Part shown: one piece after another, positions 9,936 to 20,600 of the stretch
Layout of the letters: the number at the start of each line of letters is the position of its first letter
How positions within the stretch are numbered: position 1 is the stretch's first letter
Source of the DNA: Piromyces finnis finn
Lineage: Eukaryota; Fungi; Neocallimastigomycota
Direction of reading: 5' to 3'
Assembly: GCA_002104945.1 (NCBI GenBank)
Contig: MCFH01000055.1
Location: 248,001-312,000, forward strand
Length of the DNA: 64,000 nt
Notes under the pieces: generated by a model
Database searches by the model: none
What the model saw: only the letters and a program-made list of their open reading frames with translations
Told to the model about the DNA's origin: nothing
Made by a program: the position numbers and the translations under genes

Positions 9936-12757
9936 TATTGTTATTACTATGTCTCTCTGGTGATCTGGATATATTATCAGTACTATTTTCTTCAGAGGAT
10001 TCTGAAATATAATCATTATGAGCTTTTTCAAAAATATTGTTTTTCTTAATTTTATTAGGGTTGAAAACAATATTAGTTTAAAGATTAAGAGTGGTGCTAT
10101 TATCATGATCAAAGGTAATCTTTTCATAAGAAAAATTTAAAAAATTATCTTCTTTTTTAATTTTTATTATGATATCTTTAACTGTCCAACAGGCACTAGA
10201 AAATGTGTATTTAAAAAAGTATACCTCAAAATTTTCTTTATTGCCAAAGAATGAGAATGAAGACTTTACATAGTTATTCATGGATTTTCTAAATTCCTTG
10301 TAAATTAAAAATTTTATAAATCTATTATTATGATGAATATTGACTAAATTCAATAAAATCTTTTCTAATAACTTCTACATAATTATAACCATTTTTTCTA
10401 CTTTTTATAAAAGTATTCTTCATTAAATAATCACAATAAATCTTATTATTAACAATATAACTAATGTTGGATGAAATTAAATTTATGATTTTATTAGAAA
10501 AATTATCTAAAGCCATTTTCTCATAATATTATATTTAGATTAAAACTATAACAGAAAGAAAAAAAAAAAAATAAAAATAATCCTTATATAACTAAATTAA
10601 TTTTGTTAATATAAAAAAACTTTTCTTTTTATAATATATTTTTTTTAATATGTCTTTTTTTATATTAATTTAAATATATATAAGTAATATAAAAATCATA
10701 TTTTTTTTTGATAAAATTAATTCTATTTTCTATGAAAAAAGTATAAATATAATTAAAATGTATCTATCCATATTCATAATCTTTTTTTTTTTTTAAAAAA
10801 AAAAATAGTACAAATATACATAATAGTAATAAAAAAAAATTAAAATTTTAGCATATATTTATTGGAAATTATATGACTATTTATTATAATAAATAAAAAA
10901 AAAAAAACTTTTACTTGAAATAATTAACACATATTTTATAAAAAATTGGACATGTAATGACAATTAATATCTAAATGTCCTATTTATTTTAACATCCATT
11001 TTTTTATATAAACTTTTATATTAAAATAAGGTAAAACTAAAATAAAAGGATTTTGCATTTTCAAATAATTTTATAGGTAGTTTGAGTAGAATAATAAAGA
11101 CTAAATATATATAATAAATATCTTTTTTTTTACAAATTAAGTAATGTCCGCTTTTTTTTTTTTTTTTAAAAATGTTAAATAGTATAATCAAAATATAATA
11201 AATATAATCAAAAATTATTATCAATTCCTCTAACAGTATTTATTTCAAAAAATATAAATATAATAAACTACTTTTATAATACAATATATTAACTCATAGT
11301 GAAAGCGTTATCAGTTCTAAAAAAAAGAAAGAGATATAAAAATATTATAGCGATATTAATTACTTTAATATTGTTGAAATTTAATAATTTAAGTTAATTT
11401 GGGTACAAAAAAAAATTAAGGTTTAAACTTGACATTTAAATAATATTTACTAATATTTGTATTAATAATCGAAATTTTAATATATTAATATATTATTAAT
11501 GTATAAGTGATTATTTGGAATGTTCAATAATATAAAATCAGTGATTAGGCATTTCATAATACATTATAAAAAGTCATGAAAATTTTAATGAATATATAGC
11601 TAGTTAAATAATTGTAAAAACCAAAAGAGTATATGATACTACCAATATTTAGTAGTAGTATAAACACTATCTTTATAGATTCAACTTTTTATATTAATTT
11701 TGGTTGAACTATTTGGTATATATTATAAATATAAATTGGAATATATTTTTCATATATTATTATTATTATTAATGTGTGAAAATTTCATTTTATTACTAAT
11801 TTTTTTTGTATGGTGAAATTGTAGTACATTCAAATTTTTGTTATGTAACTTTAAATTTTCATATGTACTACGTTTAATTTAATTGGCTAGTACTACTGGA
11901 TTTAGATTAAAAATGATATTTGAATACACGTGATTACAAACAAACAACTAACTGTATTATAATTAAAAAAAGGTTTTTGTTCAATTTTTAGATAATGTTT
12001 TAAAAAGCTCTTATTTTATTGGATAAAAAAAGTAATGTTATATTAATCAATTAATTCAAATATATGATAATAATATAATAATAAATTAATTAATATATAG
12101 TACATTAATTACAAAGAAAGGCTTTCTATACTTTAAAATATGGTGGTGTTGGTGTGTGGTGTGTGTAGTGGGCAGTGGTAGGTGAGGTAGTAAAAATTCT
12201 AATTGTTATTTTCAACATTTATTTTTAATATAAAAATTTAATTTATTTCAAAAACTATAAAAATAGAAAAATATTGAAGTAATTTTTTTTTTGTTAATTT
12301 TAAAAAAGTTTATTCGCTATAAAAATATTGTAATTTCTTTTTTAATTATATAATATAAAAAAAGGAAAAGAGTATTTACTTTTTTTTATATTCAAATTTA
12401 ATTAATAATAAAAATACAATTAATTTTTAAAATCTAAAATAGATTAAACAATCTAAAAAATTATAATTAATAATTTTTTGTATATAAAATAATAAATAAA
12501 TATTATAAATAAATATAAATATTAAACACAAGTCTTAAAAGGTAAATTCATAATAATAATATTAAAGTATAAAATAATAAGGCATAAAGTTTCATTAAAG
12601 AGACAGAAGTAAATATAAATAGTAAAATAAATTAAGAAAAGAAAAAATTAAAAAGTATTAGAAAATACATTTATATAAATACTAAATACTTAATTTTACA
12701 AATATTATATTAATAAATAAAAATAATAAAAAAAAGAAAAATAAATAATAAACAAAA

Positions 12758-14470
12758 ATGAGTACTCCTTATGGACAACAACCTCCTTATGGACAACAAC
12801 CTCCTTATGGACAACAACCTCTTTATGGACAACAACCATATTATCAATCACCACCATATGGCCAACCACAAATGCCAATGCCAAATCAATATGGACAAGG
12901 CTACTATCAATCACCACCACAAGGTTATGGTCAACAACCAGAACCACCAAAGCCAACTCAATCTTCAATTGATATGTCAAATGCTAGTAAACAGGAAAGT
13001 GGTGAATGGAAAAAATCAAAAGTTGAATTCAATGACAGTCCAAAATATCAAGATCTTTGGGCTACTTTCTTATATATTTTTACTGTAGTTGTTACTATTG
13101 TAATTGCAGTAGTATCTCTTTCAAAAATGGATTTAGACAAAATGTATGGATCAAGTTCTACATCATCAAGTTCTACATCATCAAGTAGTAACGAAAAGTA
13201 TAATGGATACAACTATTATCAAAAGAGATCTACAAAGTTTGGATTAAAAAATAATAAGGGCAATAATAATGCTGCTACTTTACCTCAATTAATTATTCTA
13301 TTATTTGCTAGTTTTGGTAGTTCTGCTCTTATAACATTTTTATATATGATATTAGTACAAAAATTCACTGGTAAGATGATTAAGGGTACCTTTATTCTTT
13401 CAATTATTTTAAACATTGCTTATGCTCTTATTGCATTCATTCTTAATCCAATTATCGGTATAATTATGCTTGTCTTTGCTGGTTTATATGTTTTATGCTA
13501 TTTCTTCTGGAAAGGAAGAATTCCATTTGCAAAGGTTATGTTAAAAACTGTTTGTGCTGTAACTAGAAGATTCCCAGCTACCCTCTTTATTGGTTTCCTT
13601 GGATGTATTATATCTATTGTTTGGTATGCCTTTATTGCTTTTACTCTTATTGCCTCTATGACTGTGTTTGGTAATTCTAATGACTATCCACAAGGTGTTG
13701 GATATGTAGTATATGTTTTCTTATTATTCTCATTCTACTACTCTTCACAAGTTATCAATAATACCGTTCATGTAACTATTTCTGGTGTCTTTGCTACATA
13801 TTTCTTCCGTGGTGTCGTTGAACCAGGAACAAACAAAATTGAAATTGATGTTAAGAATCCAACAATCTCTTCATTAAAACGTGCAATTACAACTAGTTTC
13901 GGTAGTATTTGTTACGGTAGTTTAATTATTGCTATTGTTAACACTTTAAGAGCTCTTGCTAATCAAACAAAGAATGAAGCCGCTGAAGATGAAAATTACC
14001 TTTTATGTGCTATTGCTTGCTGTATTGAATGTATTTTATCTTGTATTGAAGATGGTATTGAATACTTTAATATTTACGCCTTTACTGAAGTTGCTATTTA
14101 TGGTAAGCCTTACTGCCAAGCTGCTAAGGATACATGGACTCTCTGTAAGTCTCGTGGTATTGAAGCTTTAATTAATGACAACATTATCGGTAACGTATTA
14201 GGTATTGGTGCAGTAGCAGTTGCTTGTTTATCAGCTGTTGTAACTTATGTTATTGGTATGATTTTTGGAATCTACAACAGTACTGTTATTATATTCACCG
14301 TTATTGCTTTCTTAGTTGGTCTTATGATCTTCTTAGTTTATGCTCAAGTAATTAACTCTGGTGTTGCTACAACTTTTGTTTGTCTTTGTGAAGATCCAGA
14401 TGCTCTTCGTCAAACCAAACCAGAACTTTGGGAAAAAGTTAGAGATACTTATCCATCCATTGTATATTAG
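12758..14470 (+). CDS. PNS1: Choline transporter-like (CTL/SLC44) protein Pns1, intronless
   Basis: 570-aa ORF with KYQDLWAT, TTSFGSICYGSLII and YFNIYAFTEVAIYGKPYCQAAKDTW motifs, multiple TM helices, and N-terminal PYGQQP repeats. Confidence 0.88.
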   Translation: MSTPYGQQPPYGQQPPYGQQPLYGQQPYYQSPPYGQPQMPMPNQYGQGYYQSPPQGYGQQPEPPKPTQSSIDMSNASKQESGEWKKSKVEFNDSPKYQDLWATFLYIFTVVVTIVIAVVSLSKMDLDKMYGSSSTSSSSTSSSSNEKYNGYNYYQKRSTKFGLKNNKGNNNAATLPQLIILLFASFGSSALITFLYMILVQKFTGKMIKGTFILSIILNIAYALIAFILNPIIGIIMLVFAGLYVLCYFFWKGRIPFAKVMLKTVCAVTRRFPATLFIGFLGCIISIVWYAFIAFTLIASMTVFGNSNDYPQGVGYVVYVFLLFSFYYSSQVINNTVHVTISGVFATYFFRGVVEPGTNKIEIDVKNPTISSLKRAITTSFGSICYGSLIIAIVNTLRALANQTKNEAAEDENYLLCAIACCIECILSCIEDGIEYFNIYAFTEVAIYGKPYCQAAKDTWTLCKSRGIEALINDNIIGNVLGIGAVAVACLSAVVTYVIGMIFGIYNSTVIIFTVIAFLVGLMIFLVYAQVINSGVATTFVCLCEDPDALRQTKPELWEKVRDTYPSIVY

Positions 14471-14864
14471 TTCATAAAACTCCAATAAATCTAGATTCTA
14501 GAGTTTATTTTATTATTAAATATTATAAATATATTAAAAATACATTAATATCTTTAGAAAAAATAAGCAATAATATCTTTTAATATATCTTAATTTTTTT
14601 TTTTTTTATATGATGCGACATAAAACTTTATAATGAAAATTATTAAAAAAAAAAAAAATCAATAATTAAAATTAATATTTTGAGATAAATATATATATAT
14701 ATTAAAAAGGAATAAAAATATTTATATATCTAAAACAATAAAATATAAATAAATAAAAAATATATATTTTATAAATATTTTTAGATTCATATTATTCATA
14801 TGTGTATGAAATGGAAGGAATTTTTTTTTTTTTTTAACTTTCATAAAAAAATTTAAAAAAAACT

Positions 14865-17216
14865 GGTTATCATCTGATGGATTAGGAGATAGGGAAGTTC
14901 TTCCACTTAAAGGCTTTTCTATCTCTTGGATGAGAGGCAATCAATAGTCTGATATTGATCATGCTCTTGTCAATTCGAAGATGAAAGATCTTATTTACTA
15001 AGGATCATTTATAAATGATTTTTATCCTGTATCAGATCATAAGTCACTTCTTATTAATGGTAAAATTATTCCTATGGAAGATTTTTCTAATGACTTTAAT
15101 GTTCCTATGAAAATTCTGATATGGATTAGATAAAAATGTATTGAGGAAAAGGAATCTATTCTTAGTCATAATAAATCCCAAATATTTTCAGCAAACCTCA
15201 ACGATTCTAGTGTTTCTACAGATGAACTTTTCAAAGAGTTTACTTTAACTGCTTTTTTAATTGCTGACGAGCTCAGTATTACTTCAGTAAATAATGTTAT
15301 AAAATCTTCATTTCATATTTTACAACAAATTTTTAATCTTCAGAAAATCAAAATGAAGCTGTATAGGTGATTTAAAAAAGAAAGAATTTATGATATAGAT
15401 GAATTTATTAAAAGAATTAAAATTTATTGTAAGCTCATTAATTATTTTCACAAAAGATGTAATAAGCATAAGAAACAAGAATGTCTTCATTGGATTAAAA
15501 TAGGTTGTGAGTATATGAAGAATCATAATCCTAAGAAGGACTGGAAATGGATCGAGAAATCTGCAAAAATTGGAAAAGATACTTTCTTTATTGCTCAACT
15601 AATTAAAAATAAAAGTGGGGATTTAGTTGTAGCTACAGAAGAACAACTAGAAAGTCTTGCATCTGATCCAAGTGATGCAAGTCTTGATTTGGAGCGTTGG
15701 TATGAAGAATTAAGTTGATTTCAAAAATTTTACTAGAATTTCAGAATATAGTCTTAAAAATAATTTCATTAGATCCGAACAATTTGGTTTTCATAAAAAG
15801 GAAGAAAGTATCAGTTTTTTCATTCAATCCAAGAAATAGGTCGTAGTTGCCAATTAGATAATAAAGAGATATATTTGGCCTTTTTAGATCTCAGGAAGGC
15901 ATGCGATTCAGTCCCAATCGGTAATATTCTCTATAAATCAGATTATTTAGGAATTAGAGGTAAGAGTTTACAATTCATAAAAAATTTATATTTAACATCT
16001 AAAGCTAATGTCAAATTAGATGATCAATTCTCGAAATCTTTTGATGTGAAGAAAGGAGTCCGTCAAGGTTGCTCACTTTCCCTTATTCTTTATAATCTCT
16101 TTATTAATGATATTTTAAAGAGTGCGAAGATCTTCGAGTCAGTTTAGGAGGCATTCGATGCTGTGGTGGATTATTTGCAGATGATATAGTTATTTGTGCT
16201 CCATCAAGATGATGCTTAAAAAAGATGCTTAGAAGAGTTAATGAATGGGCGATGCATAATGAAATAGAATTTGGTATCTAAAAATGTTTAATGATGATGA
16301 TTCATCCTGAATTAGTAGAAAATCAGAACAAGAAAGATCCAACATTTTATTTAGCAGGAAAACCTATTCCAACTACTGATTGTTACTCTTACCTTGGTGT
16401 TCCATTTGATAAGAATTTGTCACTTAAACTAATTATTAAAACTCTTAATAACAAGATTTTGAAAGGACTTTTATCAGTCAGTAAATTCTTAAGAAATCCC
16501 AATATTCCCATTCTTTTCGAAAAGCTAGTACTTAACTGTATCGTTTATATCTCTATACTCTATCTCAAAAGATTTGAATATTTCTCCATTGACAGCAAAA
16601 TGTGCGTTAGCTCAGGTTAGATGTTTTAACAAGTGGAAAAACTCAAATTGTATCATTTCACACCATGTCAATTACATTCCTAAATTTAGAAAATATACAT
16701 GGTGCAAATCAAGTTGGATACTTGGTAAAAAATTAAAGAAGCATGGAGATATTAAAGCAGATAAAAACCTTTATTGGAAAGTAGTAATGGTAGCAATAGT
16801 GAAGATAATAATTCTAATTTAGATAGTAATTTAGTTAGTAATAGTTCTAATAATCCGGTAAATATTAATGTGTATTATTATTTTAATGTATGCAATAAAA
16901 TATTTAAATTCCTTCTTGGGGGAAGAGTTTTAATAATATCAACTACAATTCAAAGGAATGGAAAGATCTTTGTGTCAGATTCAATCGGGTACTTACGAAG
17001 GAACGCCATTCTTGACGGTAACAGTGGAGCTTCTAACCAAAATCATGCCTTTTGCTATTGGCCAGCAATAGTCAATGTTCAAAAAGTTTGAAGCAACAAC
17101 CAAGAGCGTCAATACTGAGGAAACAGTAAGACAGGCCAGGAGGGCCAGTTTAACCAATGGAGATCATAATTTTGTCAAATTTTGATCTTTGACTCGGTGT
17201 CCCATTAGAAGTCAAA
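14865..17216 (+). mobile_element. Decayed, 5'-truncated non-LTR retrotransposon (LINE; APE endonuclease end + RT)
   Basis: APE C-terminus (SDIDHALVNS...SDHKSLL at ~14945-15055); RT motifs EQFGF, FLDLRKACDSVP, GVRQGCSLS..LYNLFIND, LFADDIV and YSYLGVPF; many stops and frameshifts; probable 3' end ~17216. Confidence 0.88.
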
Positions 17217-17611
17217 TACAATTATTATATTTTAGTATAATAATAGCTTTCTTTCTTTAATTAAAATTACTAGAATACATTATATCCAATTTTCATTCAT
17301 TTGTGTTTATTTAAATATATTTTTTTAATTTTCGTTTTTATTTTTTTTTTTTTTTGATTTTATTTTTTATAACATGCATTATAATTTTAATTAATATTAA
17401 AGTTTAAAAATATTTGATGCTGTCATAAAAAATTTAAAAATTTAAAATACCAATATTAATAATATTAATGTATAAATTTAATAATATAAAACAAGTAAAA
17501 ATTTAAAAAAGAAAAGTATTATAAAACAAGATTTCGATTTGTAATATATATTTTTAATTTTTTTTTTTTAATTTATTTAAAATTTATTTATTATCTATAG
17601 ATGTTTTTATT

Positions 17612-20600
17612 TCAAGGAGTGTATTTTATATTTGTTTTTTTAATAGAAAAATATGAGATAGCATTATTCCATTCAGACTTTGGAAATCTATTAATTAATT
17701 TAAATTTAATTGAAGATATTTCCTTATTTTCTAATGGAATTGAGGAAGAAGTTAATAATGATTTTTGTTCACTTTCTAAAAATTCAGATAAATAGTTGGT
17801 ATTAAAATTATCTTGTAGTACTCTTAAATTATTTGGATCATTATAACATGCAATAATTAATGTTGGGAATAAAACTTCATAATATCTAATATCAAAATAA
17901 TTTTGAAATTGTTATTATTATTAAATTTCATTTTGTAATTCATTTATATTAATCAATTGGTAAATAAAAATTAATTAGCTATTTAGTATTATACTTACTG
18001 GGGATGAATGAAATATTGTATTGGAAGATTAATTAATTTCTGTAAAATAACTGGTCGTTGACCCAATCTTAATATACTTTTAGTATCTTTAGAATAAAGA
18101 CAAAAATAGCCAATAGTTAATATTAATTCATGAAGAATTTCTGTTAAAAGTGATGTTGTCTTTATAGTAATCCTATTATTATTATCATTATTTTTATCTA
18201 TACTATCGTTTATTTCTTTTTCTTCTTCTTTCTTGTTATTATCGATTAGTTGTATTCCTTCTTCTTCAATAAAATTTGGATATACCCACATAGACCAATA
18301 GTCTAACCAAAAAGATATAAAGTGAAACAATTGATTTTGCATTATTTCTGTATTTAATAAATTCTTTAAATACGAAAATATTTTTTTTATATATTTAATA
18401 ATTAAACAATATTCATAATAATATATATAATTGTAAAGTCAATATTTAAAAAAAAAATTATAAATAGTTATGATGACTACCTTTACTGATTCGTTATTTA
18501 AAGTCGATATATTATTTAATGTTTTTAATACATTTAAAGATATTTCTAGCATTTTATTTGATAACTTTGTACTAACAGAATGAGTATATCCTTTATACAA
18601 TAGTAAGGAATCCATCAAAATAATAAATTCTGTAGGAATTATTTTTATTTAGGTTAAAATGTATTTTAATTATATATTAAATAAAAAATAAAATAAAAAT
18701 ATTATATATTTACCATTGATAATTTCGCTATTGAAGATAGATAAATAAGATATCTCATTATCTTTTGGTTTGTATTCCTCATATATTGGCTTTTCATAAG
18801 AATGCCTTTTTTAAATATTAAATTTTTTATTATTAGTATTAGATATCCTTTTATTTTATTTTTATATAGGGAGTTGTTTATTTATTTTATAATAAATACT
18901 TTAGGAAAGAAACTTTAAAATATAATTTAGTAGCAAAGTAATAGAAGTTATTCAATGGGGAATCCTTGGAATATAATTCTTTAATATTAAATCTTATGTT
19001 AATTGGTTTGATTAAAGTTGTATTTAGAATATATCTAATATATACATTTATATAATTAAAAGAACATAATGAATATATTTAATTTAATAATAATATATAT
19101 GAATGAATTTATAATAATTATTAATAAATTATATAGATATTGTTACACCATACTTCAAAATAATATTATAAAGTTCTTTATTTTCATCATAACTATACTC
19201 TAGAAGAGCTAGAATTATCTTGAAGAATGATGTAGAGATTTTTATTAGGTCAATTACAGTTGATAATTCATGATCCGATTCCTTTGATGTTTCTAATAGT
19301 ATTAATATTCTTGATTGAATATTAATAATGTTAAATAACATAGGATTTTCAAAATAAATAATACTTTGTATCATATTTTTATTTGTTAGACTATTTTCAA
19401 TTAACAACAAGCTTCGACAAATAAATCTATTTTAAAAATTTTTAAGTGAAAATAATTTTTTTAAAAAATAATTTAGAATTTTTAATGAAAATTTATATTA
19501 AATCTTTTTTTTTTTTACTAAATTTACTTTGATGGAAATAGCCATTTAGTTTCTTCAGTTTTCAAACAGACTTTTAAAACAGATATTAATATTTTACTTT
19601 TGATAATTGTGCTTATATATTTATCAGAATAATTTATAAGGTTATTAATGTCTGAATTAAGTTGTTTTAGCATATCCTTTGGACATTCATTGATATCATA
19701 ATAGTCAAAATTATTTTTAATTTTTTCTATTTTTAATGTAATAGATTCGTCAATATCTTTTGTCGGATTATTATTTACTTCGATATTTAACGCTTGGCAT
19801 ATTTTCATAAATTCCTATGAATATAAAATTGAATTTAGAACTTTATGAAATTGAAATGTTATATAATTTAAAAAATAAATATTAAGAAATAATAGTTTCT
19901 TATTTTTTTTATGCATTTACCTTTTTATATAATTTATTTTGTTTTCGTATATTTTTATTAACTTTAATTATTGGTAAATTAAAGATAACACTATTCTCAA
20001 ATTCTTGATTAGATTCATTTATATTCAAACACTGATCTATAAATATTTAAATATACTCATAAATATAATTATAGAGTCATAATTATTAAATCAGAAAAAA
20101 AGGTTTACTTTTTTTAATTCCCTATTTACAAAAAAAGAAGAAGAATAAATAAAAAAATAAAAATAAAATTGAAAATTAATTTTTATCCTTTATACTATAT
20201 TAATATCCTTAAATCTTAAGTATATTTAATATAAATACTTCTTTATGATTATTATATTTATTTATTGTTCTTTCAGCAACTGACTATTTAAATTATTATA
20301 TTATTAATGTTATGATGTAAAATTAGTTGTATTTTACAAATTGAAACTATTAAATTATAATTAGATAATTACTTTTGAATGTTTAATTACAGCAGCTGCT
20401 TTTTCTTTAACTAATTCTATTTGTTCAGCATGCCTTTTTGAAGCCATTTCAACCTTATTATTAATTTCTTTACGCTATTTTTATTTATTACCAATAAAGA
20501 AGTAAATAATTTTTTTATAATCGTATTAATACTTAATCATTTATTTTAAATTTATTAGTAATATATAGATAGGTTTTACTAATTCTTCTTCTTCAACCAT

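Larger units (their letters stand above)
8078..10516 (-). pseudogene. Disrupted gene of unknown family with an Asn/Tyr-rich repetitive C-terminus
   Basis: Colinear coding segments (10516-10328, 10353-10078, continuation to ~9950, 9380-9240, 9280-8078) separated by apparent frameshifts, an in-frame TAA at 10078-10080 and the SINE insertion. Removing the SINE rejoins ...SPERHSNN to NRSESFNDKW... Confidence 0.6.

Noticed and set aside
14820-14842. Poly-T followed by AACTT at the LINE 5' side, resembling the SINE tail junction
   Set aside because: Only about 6 nt of similarity beyond the homopolymer and no TSD found.
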